Below, piece after piece: positions 26,400-41,100 of a stretch of DNA of 61,496 bases. Both the position numbers and the translations under genes were made by a program. The stretch comes from Ginkgo biloba (taxonomy: Eukaryota; Plantae; Ginkgophyta). Every line of letters starts with the position of its first letter. The first letter of the stretch is position 1. Under the pieces are notes generated by a model that was not told where the DNA came from, did no database searches, and saw only the letters and a list, made by a program, of their open reading frames with translations. The stretch spans positions 92,747,469 to 92,808,964 of the forward strand of contig JANKJI020000002.1 of assembly GCA_024626585.2 (NCBI GenBank). Reading direction: 5' to 3'.

Positions 26400-27680
26400 A
26401 AGGACTATTAGAGGAGTAGAAGGACATAACACCCAAAGAGTTACCAACTAGATTACCACTAGATAGAGGCATTACATATCACATAGACCTACTTTTGGGG
26501 TCTAGTTTACAAAATAAAGTTGCTTATAGGTTGAGACCTTACGAGAATCGAGAGATAAAAATGGAAGTGCAGTATATATTGAAGAAAGGGATGACTAGTG
26601 AGACCCTTAGTCCATGTGCCACACCCACACTATTAGCATCAAAGAAAGATGGAACATGGAACATTGTGTGTTGATTCGTAAGCCATCAACAAGACAACCA
26701 TCAAGTACAAATTTCCAATGCCATAGATTGATGATATGATGGATTTTTTGGTAGGTGCCTAATACTTTTCCAAGGTGTATTTGAAAAGTGGGTACTATCA
26801 AATTTGAATTTGTTAAGGTGATGAGTGGAAGACAACTTTTAAGATAAGAGATGGAATGTATGAGTAAATGGTTATTCCATTCGGGTTAAGGAATGTTCAT
26901 AGCACATTCATGCGATTAATGAATGAAATCCTAATACCATTTATAGGTAAATGTGTCATGATTTATCTAGATGATATTTTGGTTTTCAACAAAACAAGTG
27001 AAGAACATTTGAGACACTTAAGACAGGTGTTTGATGTACTCTATAAGGAGAATTTATTTGTGAATTTGAAGAAATGTAATTTTTTTCAAAGGAGCTTGGT
27101 GTACCTGGGATTTGTAATTTTCCAAGATGGATTAAAGACGGATCCCAATAAGGTAAGGGCTATCTTGGATTGGATAAAACCAAATAGTATTACTAAGATA
27201 AGATGCTTCTATGATTTGGCTAGTTTCTATCATAAATTCATAAGGAATTTCAATAGGATTGTAGCTCTAATGATAAATTGTGTCAAGGGGAAAGTATTCA
27301 TGGACAAACACAACTCAAAGGAGTTTTGAGTTATTAAATAACAAGTTAATTGAAGCTTTGATTTTCCTGCTTCCTAATTTTGACAAAGTATTCAAGGTTG
27401 AGTGTGATGCATTGAGAGGTGGAGTAGGAGCAGTGTTTAGCCAAGACAATAGACAAGTTGCATACTTTAGTGAGAAGATGAACGAGGCCAAGAGGTACTC
27501 TATTTATGATATGGAATTTTATGCAATGGTACATTCACTAAAACTTTGGACGCATTACTTTCTTCCCAAGGAATTTGTATTGTACACCGATCACCAAGCC
27601 TTAACGTTTTTGAACTCTCAAGGTAAGTTAAGTATACCACATACAAAATAGGTTGATTTATTTCACATTTATTCTTTTGT
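26400..27680 (+). pseudogene. pol: Ty3/gypsy reverse transcriptase-RNase H (frameshifted)
   Basis: ORFs 26868-27329 and 27280-27651 carry YLDD and DA/E/TDH RNase H motifs; upstream stops. Confidence 0.92.
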
Positions 27681-28079
27681 TTTNNNNNNNNNNNNNNNNN
27701 NNNNNNNNNNNNNNNNNNNNNNNNNNNNNNNNNNNNNNNNNNNNNNNNNNNNNNNNNNNNNNNNNNNNNNNNNNNNNNNNNNNCACTAAAAATGCATTAT
27801 TCACCTCAGGATCTCGATAGGATATGTTTACCTTTAAATTACATTTAGGTGTTATTTAATTTTCATCCTCAATCCTAATGGTGATTTATATTGTATCATT
27901 TATGGGAATTTGATAAAAGGCTATGCCAAAATTTCTAGTTCATTAGAGAGACTACTAGGAAGGGATGATCCCTTTGTATAGTCATTAGAGTATTAAGCTA
28001 CATTTAAGTTGTTAAAGCTCAAGACGCGAGGAGATCTTATATCGCGATTCCTTAATTAGAATGGAAACTCTTTTATCCA

Positions 28080-28690
28080 TAATGTCTAATGAGCTTGTGG
28101 GATTTGAGGTGATAAAGCACATGTATGAAGCCGACAAGGATTTTGGACAAGTTCTTATTTACCTCAAGAATCCAATGATTGTCGATGGATAAATTTATGA
28201 TGATTACTTTTATTGGATGGATATATGTGTAAAGGGAAGAATATTTGCATACCAAACATCTCCATGAGGGAAAATATTATCCATGAATTACATAGTGGCA
28301 TATTAGGAGGTCATTTTGGTAAAGAAAATACTTTGGCCTTAGTGGAGGGGAGGTACTCTTGGCCAAGATTAAAAAAAGAGGTGTGCAAGTTTGTGTAGAA
28401 ATGTAGAGTGTCTTAGTTGTCTAAGGGGAAATCAATATATATAGTGTTGTATAAATCGTTGTCCATTCTTGAAGGTTCATGGATTGACATCACGATGGAC
28501 ATTGTGTTGGGACTAATGAGCATAGAATAAGGTAACGATTATATTTTTGTGGTTGTGGATCATTTCTCAAATATGGAACACTTCATCCCATCTAAGAACA
28601 TGAATGATACCACCATGATAGTAGACTTGTTCCTTCAAGAGGTTGTTAGATTGCAAGGGTTGCCAAGGAAATTTACCTCAGACCAAGACA
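28080..28690 (+). pseudogene. Ty3/gypsy integrase fragment
   Basis: HHCC region IIHELHSGILGGHFGKENTLALVEGRYSWP; core VVDHFSNMEHFIP...EVVRLQGLP...SDQD. Confidence 0.85.
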
Positions 28691-29007
28691 CTTCCTCATC
28701 ATTCCTAGCCTCACTTTCTCATCATAAATCAATTTATCTACTTCTTTCTCCCACTTTTGGAGATCTTCTAACTTCTAAAAGAAGCAGAGTGCTTCTTCCT
28801 CGAGCNNNNNNNNNNNNNNNNNNNNNNNNNNNNNNNNNNNNNNNNNNNNNNNNNNNNNNNNNNNNNNNNNNNNNNNNNNNNNNNNNNNNNNNNNNNNNNN
28901 NNNNNNNNNNNNNNNNNNNNNNNNNNNNNNNNNNNNNNNNNNNNNNNNNNNNNNNNNNNNNNNNNNNNNNNNNNNNNNNNNNNNNNNNNNNNNNNNNNNN
29001 NNNNNNN

Positions 29008-30340
29008 GATTAGAGTTGTGTATTCTTTATATGATTGGTAGCATTGAGTTTATACGCTACACATAAGATTATAAACCCTAATTGGTCTTAGGACTTGAAT
29101 GATGTTGTAACCACAATGAATAGAGGAATGGATGCTAAAACAACTAGAATGGAGGATTCACTAGGAAAAATAGAAGGTTTGATAGTGGGAAAGGGAGAAA
29201 GGAAGAACATTGCATGGAGGAGCTACATGAACCTAGAGGAATGAATGGAAACTTCATTCTTAAAGTTGAAGTCTATAAATTTGATCGAAGGGACATGCGG
29301 ACCTAGCTCATCCAGATGGATCAATATTTGTTTTTACCCTAGGTAGCCATGGATAAAAAGGTCATCCTAGCTTCACTCCAAATGGAGACTGAACCCTATC
29401 AATGGTTTCATTGGATGGAGAAGAAGTAGGTTGGACTATCATATAGGTGGGATAACTTCATTGATGATCTCATCAACTAATATGATAACGTATGGGAGCA
29501 TGCCTATTTTATCCAGTTGACCAAAATACATCAAGTAAGCTCGATCATGGAGTACACCTTTCAACACTACAAACTAGCCACAAGAGTACAAGGGTTGAGT
29601 GAGGATAATCTTTTAGAGAGTTATATTGGGGGCTTGAAGGAGGAAATTTTACATGAGCTAATGATTATAAAACCTTCATCCATATCCACTACCATTCGGA
29701 TGGAAAATTAGATTGAAGCTAAGAATAAGTTTTCTATAAGGTATAGTGGATCCACCCGCCTGAGGGAAAGCGAAAGACCCATAGACTTTACAATCTCAAG
29801 ATGAGCTAGAATGAACAAATCCCAACCAGCTAGGAGAATATCAACACATGAGTTTGATGAAAGAAGAGATAAGGGACTATGTTACAAATGCAACAATAAA
29901 TGGTCTCAAGGACATAAATGTTCAGAAAAAAAACTATTTATCATTGAATATTGCTTAGAGGAGGAAGAGGACACTATGGAACTACCTCACACTGAGGATG
30001 AGGATGATCACAAAGATATTCCCAACCTATCAAAGCATGCCTTGGTAGGCATTTTAACACACCAAACACTCAAATTGGAAGGCTATATTAATAAAGAAAT
30101 GGTGATCATGATTTATTGAGGGAGTAGACACTTAATCAATAAGAAATTGGTAAAACAATTGAATTTCTTTCCTTATCTAGCAAAGAATTTCCATGTCATA
30201 ATTTCTAATGGTGTCATGGTAACTAGAGGAAAATTCCATAACATTAAGGTAACCATGGGAGAATATAATTTCATCACATAAATTTATGCAATACCCATGG
30301 GAGGTGTAGACATCGTGATGGGAGCATAATGGTTAGGGAA
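29008..30340 (+). mobile_element. Reina-like chromoviral Ty3/gypsy gag-protease remnant
   Basis: PBS-like TGGTAGCATTGAG at 29036; gag YIGGLKEEI; RRDKGLCYKCNNKWSQGHKC; protease MGGVDIVMGA*WL. Confidence 0.8.
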
Positions 30341-31019
30341 AGTGATTTATTCCTTCTATATATCAATTCTTCTCAAAAATTGAATTCTCAACATGGCCTT
30401 CAATGATGATTTAAATGTGAACTCGAAATTAACTAAAATTTATTTTACACTTGCGTCCACAATAAAGTAACATTTTCTTGTAACATTTTTAAATTCTAAA
30501 GATATGAACCTTTGAAAAGGCCCTTTCTTTGTTTATTAACTTGCATTAAAATTATTCTTGGATTCACATGCATATTTTATCACTTAGCATTCCTCAAAAT
30601 CCCAAAATCTCAAAACTATGAAAAGTGTCATTCAATGATGGAAGACCTAAGTATCTTATTATTGTTAGTTTACTCTCTCATCAAGCCTATGTCCTTAAAA
30701 CCCGCTTTAAGATTCTACAAAGAGGATCACATATCTACAACTTCCAAAAAGTCTTCATTTCTATTTAGCAAGATTGGACATGAAATCTTTAATTAACTCA
30801 CTTTAATTTCTATTCCATGTCGCCACAAACCCAAGACTTAGTTGATCCACTTCTTTGGATTTATGTGTACTTTGAAATTTGAACTTCTAAAAATGTTTTA
30901 TCAATTTTAATTTAACTTCCCTTAACTACTTTAGCTACATTTTGGGTCTGCGGCACTTGGGGAAATTGCGAAGAGGATACATCTTTTCCAAAACACGAGA
31001 CTAAACACTCGATCCTTTG

Positions 31020-34000
31020 CATGTCTTCCTTTGTTTCCTTGAGCTTGATGCTTTCTGTTGTCTACTTTGGGAGATGACATATTGGCCTTTGTCTTCATCA
31101 TAAGATATTAAAAAATTGATATTTTGAGATTGAGCGCTTAACCTCTTGAGTATTAAGTGCCTTTAGAATCCCATACTCATGTTGATTGACAGGGTATGCC
31201 TTAGGTTTTCCTTCTTCTTTGTTTTTTCTTAAGCAACTCATTTAAATTTTAGTTTGGATCTCATCTTTGAATACTGAATCTTTTAAACTACCTACAAAGA
31301 AAATTTTAAAGGGGAACCCATTTATGGGTCAACAAGGAGGCCTTACTTGGGCAAAGCGTCCCCCTCATGAGGCATGCAAATCCTAGAATATTTGGTTATA
31401 CAAACACTTCATGATTACATGATAAAGGGAACAACATAATGACACCAATGAATGAGGAAGAAATAGGATCTAACAATTATGTAACATGGATCATATGAGA
31501 ATGTTTTTATAACATATGAATCTTCAAATCCCTACTCCTAGATCTAGGCTTAGATGTGAATCTTCAAATTGTGGGATATACTAGTGGATTAGACTATTGC
31601 TTCAAGTGACTTTCATTTCAAAGTTGATTTCAATTAAGATACTCATAAGATCAGAAGAAATATTTCCCTCCGATATCATGTCTATAGTCACTATATTCTT
31701 TGGTAATTTGACACAAGTGAATAATTCTATTGTACATGGGAACAACCCTTGAAAGGATGATTGTGAAAAGGAGATAGATGATGCTAGGAACTTATATAAT
31801 ATGAAAATTTGTATATAAATCCGAGAACATAGGTGTACAAATCATGAAAATGAAGAGTGTAACTCAAGAAGCATCTTTGAAAAAAAGAAGCTCTATTATG
31901 CGAAGGACCAAAATACATTTCTTCTTCGAACATGTTTGTACCAAACGATCTACATGGTGGTCGACATGGTATGGGAGGTGTGGGAAAGAATTGTGGAAGA
32001 GGGTGTGGTTGGGGTGCACATGGTACACCTTATTGCTTCATAATCAACACCACTATATGCCTGCAATAGAAATGGGATTGATGAAACCTTTCTTTAGAAT
32101 GTGCAAGTATGCAAGTATTAGTTGTATTGTTGGAAGCAACAATAAGATAATGAAGATGGAATAGGAGTAATTGGAAAGAATAATACATGAGTATAGGTCT
32201 GATGATGAAACATACTTTATTTCTCACAAATAATTTCATGGCATTAACACCTTATGTAATTTTTCATGAAACATGTGGTCAAGATTAATTAGCTATGAGA
32301 ATTCTATGCAAAGCTTATTCTCTCAAAATATCTATCTTGACATGGAGTGGTCTTAGCAAAGGTCAGAATAATTGGAGAGAAAACCAATGGAGTGAAAATT
32401 AATATAATTTAGATCTCATTAATTCTTTAATGATACTGGGGGAGGGTTGTAAAGAAAAATACCAATGTATCCAATCTTCCTTTGACCAAGATTCAACTTG
32501 CATGAAATGAATCCTTCTCTTCTTGTTGGTTTAGCTTTCCACTAGATGTGAATCTGCTACACTAAAATCTTATCTTTTGTTCATCTTCAGTGATCCTTTC
32601 GATTTTATACCAATTCAATTCAAATAATTATGGAACAAAACTCCAATCGCCATGTGGAATCTCATTAATAGAGATGATAATGGGTTGTAGAAAAAGAAAT
32701 TTGATAGTTTGATATAAAATTTGAACAATGGATGACCTTGTAATCAATGAGAAACATCCATAATTGTAACTATTCCTTGATATTATGTTCATCCATTGAG
32801 CTAGGGGAAATATCCTAAGTCATGGCTAAATAAGTATATAATCTCCCTTAATTGTAATACACTTTCATGAATACAAAAAANNNNNNNNNNNNNNNNNNNN
32901 NNNNNNNNNNNNNNNNNNNNNNNNNNNNNNNNNNNNNNNNNNNNNNNNNNNNNNNNNNNNNNNNNNNNNNNNNNNNNNNNTTCTTTTAATAGAATTTTAG
33001 GTTTGCAACACTTAGGGAAATTTTGAAGAGAAATCATAAATATTTAACAAAACCTGATGCCTGAAACCTAAACTCTGTGTGTCTTTCTTTATTTCCTCAA
33101 TATTTATGATTGATGACATTTACTTTGGGAGATGATATACTCAGATTTGTTTTTAGTATAAGATCATTAAGACATGACATTCCAAAATTGAGCACTTAAC
33201 CTCTTGAATGTGAAGTACCTCGAGAAGACCATACTCATGATGATTGGAAGGGTGTGCCTTAGGATTTTATTCTTCTTACTTTATGCTCAAATAATGCATT
33301 CAACATTTAATTTGGATCATGTCTTTGAACATGGAATCTCTTTAGATACCTACAAATAAAATTATAAAGGGGACACCATTTATGGGTCAATGAGGAGACC
33401 TTACTCAAGGAATGAATCCCCTTGTGGGGTGTGTAGATCCTAAAATCTCTAGTTATATAAAAACTCTATGATTTCATAATAAAGGGAATAGTATAGTGAC
33501 ACTAATGACTAAGGTAGAAGTGGTAGGTAATTATTAATCTCTGGGTATAATTGAAGAATGTAGGTATAATATATAAATATTCAAATTCCTAATCCCATAT
33601 ATAGACATAGATGTGAATATTCAAACTACAGGATACACTAGATGGATTAGACTATTACTTCAAGTGAATTTTATTTCAAAGTTAATGCCAGTTAGCTTGC
33701 TCATAAGATCATAATAAATATTTCCCTCAGATATTACATCTATATTCATTGTATTCTTTGGCACTTTAACTCGGGTGAATCATGCCATTGTGCATGGAAA
33801 AAACCCTTGAAAGGATAACTATGAAAGAAAAATCAATGGTTCTAGGAACTTCTAAAATGAAAAAAAAATTATATAAATCCAAGGTCATAGGTGTAAAAAT
33901 CATTAAAATGAAGAGTGCAACTCAAGAAGCATATTTGAAAAAGGAAGATTTATTATGGGAAGGGCCAAAATACATTTCTTCTTCATACTAGATGATCTTC

Positions 34001-34925
34001 ATAGTGGTCGATATGGTATGGGAGGTGTGGGAAATAATTGTGGAAGAGGGTGTGGTTGGGGTGAAAATGGTACACCTTATTGCTTCATAATCAACATCAC
34101 TATATTCTTGTAATAGAAATGGGACTAATGAAACCTTTCTTTAGAATGTGCAAGTATGCAAGTATTAGTTGTAGTGTTGGAAGCAATAGTCAGGTAATGA
34201 AGATGGAATAGGAGTAATTGGAAAGAATAATACATGAGAATAGGTCTGATGATGAAACATACTTTGTTTCTCACAACTAATTTCATGGCATTAACACCTC
34301 ATGTAATTTCACATGAAACATGTGGTCAAGATTAATTAGCTATGAGAATTCTATGCAAAGCCTGTTCTCTCAAAATTTCTATCTTAACATGAAGTGGTCT
34401 TGGCAAAGGGAAGAATAATTGGAGAGAAAACCAACGGAGGGAAAATCAATGTAATTTGGATTACATTAATTCTTTAGTGATATTGGGGGAGGGTTGTAAA
34501 GAAAAATACAAATGTATCTAATCTTCACTTGACCAAGAATCAACTTGCATGCAATGAATCATGCTCTTCTTTTTGGTTTAGCCTTCCACTAGACATGAAT
34601 CATCTACAATAAATCTTGTATTTTGTTCATCTTCAGTTAGCCTTTTGATCTTAGGCAAATTCAATTCAAGTAATTATGGAACAAAACTCCAGTCACCATG
34701 TGGAATCTCATTAATAGAGATGAGAACGGGTTGGAGAAAGATAAATTTGATAGTCTGATATAAAATTTGAACAATGGATGACCTTGTAATCAACAAGAAA
34801 CATCCATAATTGTAACTAGTCCTTGAGATTATGTTCAACCATTGAGCTAGGGGAAATGTCTTGAGTCATGGCTAAATAAGTATATAAGCTTCCTTAATTG
34901 TAATTCACTTTCATGAATACAACAA
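31020..34925. repeat. About 1.9-kb tandem duplication (31020-32880 / 33075-34925) across a gap
   Basis: Colinear alignment, e.g. tgtggaagagggtgtggttggggtg at about 31992 and 34039. Confidence 0.9.
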
Positions 34926-36600
34926 ATTCTTTTATATTATCTACATCCATTTTTTGTCTTCTTACAAAATGATTTTGATTGTAATTATATCCATATAATT
35001 TATAATGAATGTACCTTTTCACGGATTAGTCTTGTCTCTCTTAGCATTGATGTGTGCTTCTTCCTTTGACATTATTAATCTTAGAAGTATTTTATTGTAT
35101 GACTTTTAACACTATAAATTATCTTTAACCTATCTCTAGGGTCAATGTTGGGTTGAATATACTTTTATGTGCTTCATTTCAATAACTCCTCCAATCTCAA
35201 ATCTGAATGAGGTACATCATCAAGATTGAGCAATGATTCTTAAATTGCTAATCCCTTCGGGTTTTTTTTGGTTCTTATCTTAGTAACCCCTTCATCACCT
35301 ATAGATTAGTTTTCTAATTAGCTACCTTGGAGCCATCGATCTTCGATTTGATAGACTTCATACTCTTGTTCCTCCCATAGGAATATAAGGAATTTATTAT
35401 CTTTTTCAAAAACCTGGCGATGCTCTTCAGTGTTAAGAACTGAAGGACTCGTCACAATTTTAGTAGTACATATCCTATGATATAATGAAGGATAAATAGA
35501 AGACAAATAAGAAAATAAAACCATTGAATTTGTCTGTTGATTTTGTATTCTTGAAATAATAGTGATTGAAAAGGCATGAAACTATCCAATTAGCTCCCAT
35601 ACTTGACCCTTGTACTGCTCAAGTAGATTATTCTTGATAGCACACACATCCTAAACTTGATTGATAACCATCTTAGAGTATCCATATGCTTTAAATATTT
35701 TGAATCCCAAGATTTCATCCCATCTTAGTCAACATTCTAAATCCTTATACGTTGTTATATTGTTGTTATAATTGAAATCCAGTCGACATGAAAAGGGTAT
35801 AACCTTAGTAGAAGGTTCTTCAAGAATTATACCTTCTCTACACCATAACTTCAATTTAGTTCCTTAAGAAAACATGGTCCAAATGGTATCCTCTTCTTCT
35901 TCTATCCTCAGTTGTTGTCTCTCATCTAATCCTAATGTCATGAGCATAGTCTATATACCTGGGTTATTTTTTGCAAAACAAACCTCAACTTTTACGTTCT
36001 CTGCACTCTTTATATACACTCAATATTTTAGTTACCTCTTAACCTGGATCAACTAGTGATAATGGGGAATCATCATGAACAACCTATACGTACTCATCAA
36101 ACTGCCAAGAGTGGAAGTCCAATCTCTTCCAAGAAATATGGAATAGGAATCTATTATATCCACTCCAATACATTCATAATTGCACTCAATTATGGGGCCA
36201 AATGTATCTAAATGAAAAGATATTTCATATCACCTATCATCTTCATCAACTTAGATTCCATTGCCAATACAAGATCAATTTACCTAGTACATTCTATGGA
36301 TGTGGATCAACTATCTGTCCCCCAAGCACAACCAGTTAGAGTGGCTCCATTCACAACTTTGAGGGTTGTGTTAGACACCTCATGTCAGGATGTGTGTGAT
36401 ATGTGAAGGTAGGAAATAAATAACTTTAAAATAACTCTTTTCCTTTTGACTCTCCTTTTTCACAAAAAAATATAAAGAGAAATAAAAAAACTCAAGAAAC
36501 CAACATCAAAGTAATTCACCCTATTTCTTCCTTCACATTCCTAATTTGAATACATTTTACCAATATAGAAGAGAGGATTATGAAATCTCTTCATGTCTTT
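31020..36600 (-). mobile_element. Highly degenerate non-chromoviral Ty3/gypsy pol (protease-RT-RNase H-integrase), RNase H/integrase portion duplicated
   Basis: Minus strand: protease VDIIDSYSIFLGRDW (about 36160-36120), RT FRMCV (about 35650) and LNLDDV (about 35230-35213), RNase H end and integrase-like CHEG traces at about 31700-31300. Confidence 0.6.
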
Positions 36601-37619
36601 AGTCTTTGACCACTTTATTGGAGTTGCTAGAGGATGAAGTTAACCAGGTNNNNNNNNNNNNNNNNNNNNNNNNNNNNNNNNNNNNNNNNNNNNNNNNNNN
36701 NNNNNNNNNNNNNNNNNNNNNNNNNNNNNNNNNNNNNNNNNNNNNNNNNGGGAATGGAACCTCTGTTCGGTGGGTATCAACCCAAATCTGCGGCCATTGC
36801 ACCAAACCCCTAGGGGCACATCAAGTCTATTATTGACTACAATAAGAATTACTGATTTATAAGATCTCCTTCTTAGTTTTATGAATTGGTATGAAGTATC
36901 CATTTCAAGAATCAAGAGAATCATGGAAAAAGGTATTATCATAGTGTTATAAATAAATGATAGTAAGAAGTTGAGGATAATGGTAGCGTGTAAGTATATA
37001 AAGTAATGATTATTTCTAAAGAGTTGTAGTCTTATTTAAAGAATTGGTTAGAAAGAGTAAGGAGGGAGTAGGTTGGATTTTAGATGATGAGGAGTGAGAG
37101 AAACATATTATGAGTGGGGATAATGTGGATGATTTGATGACAACATTGGAGACTTCACAACTCAAGATAATAATTTCTCCTCTTGATTGGGATTCCTCTA
37201 AGGGTTCCTCATGTAGCTTTGGTCATGTTAGAAAAGATGTATTAAAATTAAATTACTAACTATAATTTTAAATTTTATTTTTATTTTATTATAAAAATCA
37301 ATGGAATTAAGATTCATTAGGATTATTAGTTAGGATAGATTAAATATGTTATTATTGTGTCATGTGTTCTTCTAATGATATATTCTTACCATCTGATCAA
37401 TCTAATCCATTGAGGTTAATAATAATATAGAAGGGTTCATAGTTGTCTTCTATGGTATACTAATTTTGTATAGTATTTGAGTAATTTTAATTGATTATAT
37501 ATCATGCATTATTTGATGTGTATAAAATTTATCAAGTGTACATGTTTATTTTTATAATATATTATACTTTTAAATTAAACAGAAAAGGGAGCATAAAAAT
37601 AAAGGATAAGTAAGCATAT

Positions 37620-38481
37620 CCTTGATAATCATATATTATTCACTATGAATGAAGAACCAAAATCTAAACAAATAGAATCATCTATAAATCCCCATTATTA
37701 CATAGTTGAATGGTGAGGTAATGAGTACATGACATCAAATTGTTAATTCAAAAGAACTAAGAGAATCATACCCAAAGATATTTGGTTAAAAAAAAATCAA
37801 AGTGATGAGAAGGCACACTAAGATAATTAAGCATGATCTATTACCGATTGATGATTTGAGACTAAATCATTTTAAGATGATATCGGAGTGATAAATATAA
37901 GTGATGGACCCACTCCTGTAGAAATGTAATTCATTATATAAAACCCATGATTTGAGGACAAAGCATGTTTGGAGAGAAAGGGATATAATGTCCTACAGAT
38001 GAATATAATAATGGATCATTATGTATAGGTAAGTGCATGTAAGTGGTGGATGATATGAAACCTAGAATGTGTATAATTAAAGTTAATTAAAGAAAGTGAA
38101 ATCACATTCAGAAGTTGTAATTATATATGAAATATTACTTGTATTAAAGAAACAAAATGATATTCTTTATAAATATTTACTTCAATTTACGAGATAGAGT
38201 TAAGGTCCATGGATTTATAGAACTTAATATATCTCAAAACATGATAGTTTATCAAAGTGCATAGAATTGGTACCTCATTATAGGATTAGCTTATAATTTG
38301 TATAATAAAAGGTTAATATTAAATATTAATTAATAAAAATGATTTTGGAGAATCACTTTCATTTCTATTGCACTAGCTATTTTTTCACAAATCTATATTT
38401 TGCTTGAAACTAAGGAACCCCCTCTTCTGAGATATAGTAATATTTTATAATGTTTCTTTCTATAACTATCAATGTAGTTAC
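37620..38481 (+). mobile_element. 3' end of a chromovirus-like Ty3/gypsy element: chromodomain trace, PPT, 3' LTR
   Basis: YLVK trace at about 37780; ...TTGAGGACAAAGCATGTTTGGAGAGAAAGGGATATAA followed by TG (LTR start at about 37989); CA end at about 38481. Confidence 0.45.
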
Positions 38482-40399
38482 AAAACTATTCATTTCAACT
38501 TCTTGGATGAAGTTGTCCAATATGAAGATTAGTAATGTGGTGTAGAAGTTGAGTTATAGTGTTGATCNNNNNNNNNNNNNNNNNNNNNNNNNNNNNNNNN
38601 NNNNNNNNNNNNNNNNNNNNNNNNNNNNNNNNNNNNNNNNNNNNNNNNNNNNNNNNNNNNNNNNNNNTTATTTTATTAGGGAGGAGCCAATTACAAACAT
38701 TGTAAAGCAAGCATATGCTAATGATTGGATAAAGATGAACATGGCTCACCAACATGAGTTTGGAAAGGAGACACTTCCAGGTTGTCGTCGTCTTACTGCC
38801 AAAACTACCAAATCTACAGAGTTGTATGCACGCACGCAACAAGAGAAGACAATAGTAGAGTCACAACCCCCCTCGGAACGCTTCATCCTATCAAAATTTA
38901 AGAACATTCCTAGCAAAATCGACAACATACAAACTACTCCCCTTCAACGTGATTGAATCGTTAACTCCCCTTCCATGTACTACGCCAACTAAACTTCGTA
39001 TCTTTGACAATCAAATTTGATCAATTATTATGAAAAAAGTTAGGATAGATGTTGGAATATTATTATAAATCTTTCCAAGACCTTTGCATTAATTAGATAT
39101 TAGAGAATTTAAGGAGAAAATGATTCTTAAATTTGTTGGTGAATTTCACATCCAACTTTTCCATGAAGTGGGCGCATTTGTCATGGTATTTGAGTTCACA
39201 TTTCCTTCATATATCATCATTTAGCTCTATTTTGGCTCTATCTTTATCCTCCAAACTAGCCATCGCATCATAATTTGCGAAACAAAATATTTTTTCCCTC
39301 GCTGTATGTTTGTTACAACAATTTTTCATTATGTTGGTTTCCCTCTCTTTATACATTTTGGTTGACCTAGAAAATCTCCATTTGATCATATTATTCACAC
39401 CCTCACTACTACTACTTCTCACTACTGATTCCTTTTGTTGAATCTACTTGATAATTACGATTGCAATTACTCTATGTATCATTGTTCCTTATGGAACTAT
39501 TTTTCTAAGAAATTAGATTATTTGCCAAAGTTCAAACTTAATAAAAATTAAAGGGGCTTAATTTTGATTCATGAATGGTTATATGGAATTAATGATACCA
39601 CCAACCTAAATACCTAAGGTTTTAGTAGTTTCACACTCCACTCCTTCACTCTTTTCATGCTATAATTTCACTCATGCCACTCTAATTTCTATCCTATCTT
39701 TATTCTTGGATGTATTTTTACATATGTTACTCCATTATTCATCACATACATTTGCATCCCTATATTTTGTAATTCATTGATCCAGGAGAGCGTTTTTGAG
39801 ATGGAGGATGCGAGAGTTGGTTCTTACGGGTGATACAAACTCCAATGACATGACAAGGCATATAAACACTATGTTCCTTTCAATATAATGTTGTTCTTCT
39901 ATCTTGCATGATTTTGTATTTTTTATTTTTTTGGTTCTTATCTATTCATTTATTTATTTGACTTCGTCTTATTCAAAGTTTTAAATAGTGATGCTTTTAT
40001 GTTATCAACGCAAATATGTTCTGAATATTGAAATCCATTTGTTGATGTATAATTAATTTCTTATGAAAAAATTGCGTTATGAATGATTAAATATTTTGTT
40101 CTATATTGTATATTTTTCTTGAGATTTGGACTTATGATCATTTAGTTTTGTTTCACATTTAAACAACTTAGTTTAATTAGTGTTTATGCATTCAATTTTG
40201 ATAAACTAGGTTTCATTTTATAACTCAAGACCATGAAACTCAAATAATCAAAGGCCAATTACATTACAGAAATACACATGCAAAAATAAATAAGTACAAC
40301 TTAATAGAATTGAAAGAAAAAATCATTTAGCACATGCATCATAGACAATTAATGAAGTAAATTAAGTGACCTTAAACTCCCCTAGCCACTACTATAAAT

Positions 40400-41100
40400 C
40401 ATTAATAAGCATCATCTATAGACCACTCGCATAGTCATAACCATATAGTTCTATTGTTTATTGTAAAGGGCCTTGTCTAGAGGTGTATGTGGGCTTTATG
40501 TCCTTCTCAAGGATATGTTATTTCTATTCTTCATTCTAGTGTTCATCTTAAGTCTTCCTTTCATCATTCTATAATGATCATTAGATGTACTTCCTAATAT
40601 GGATATTATCCAGACTTTCTTATTCAATCCAGTAGGCTACCCTAGGGCACTAACAATGTTGACTTGGTCATAAACTAGTCAATATTTTTTGGTGACCATA
40701 CGAGGGAGTCACTTGATCTCCCATACTTAAAGTATATATAAAATGTGTCTTCTATTCGACCTAGGTTCTCCAAGTGCATACAAGGCATATAACTAGAATA
40801 CAATCAACTACCCTGAAGAACTTGTTGTAGCCCTCCCAATATGGCAACCTTGTAGCTTGCCCTAAATCCTTTAAACCTTGATGGCCAACAAATCCTTCTA
40901 CCAACCAACAATTCACTCTAATGGAAAGAATATGGAAGGATTGCCCATTCTTAAGAATGGGAAATTTCTCTTTGTAATGAGTGGGTTGTTTATTCCATGC
41001 TAACAATTGATCTTGATTATAATCTTATGTTTGCACATAAGGTATGCATAACATTATGATGATCTTGAAAGGAGGGTATGAATTATCATAAGTGTAATAA
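40400..41100 (-). mobile_element. Possible LINE RNase H remnant
   Basis: ORF 40761-41006 VEGFVGHQGLKDLG...VVDCILVI resembles AExxAlxxGL...EGDSxxVI. Confidence 0.3.

Larger units (their letters stand above)
23240..28690 (+). mobile_element. CRM-like Ty3/gypsy LTR retrotransposon (5' LTR, PBS, gag, RT, RNase H, integrase), pseudogenised and gapped
   Basis: LTR ends CA at 24428; PBS TGGTATCAGA at 24431; gag SIWWEHL...NLKQRDK...YTNEFYKL...RYVNGL; RT PFGLRN...YLDD (26964-26975); RNase H VECDA...FSEKM...TDHQAL; integrase ELHSGILGGHFG, VVDHFS. The LTR start is approximate. Confidence 0.92.

Noticed and set aside
25621-26447. Long ORFs in the track (also 59663-60337 and others with X runs)
   Set aside because: Artefacts of N-gaps.
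31844-32164. 106-aa plus-strand ORF
   Set aside because: Antisense to the degenerate pol and disrupted in the duplicate copy.
38750-38791. 42-bp minus-strand exon candidate as MADS exon 5
   Set aside because: Translation TTTTWKCLLSKLML has no K-domain heptad character; the length match is probably chance.
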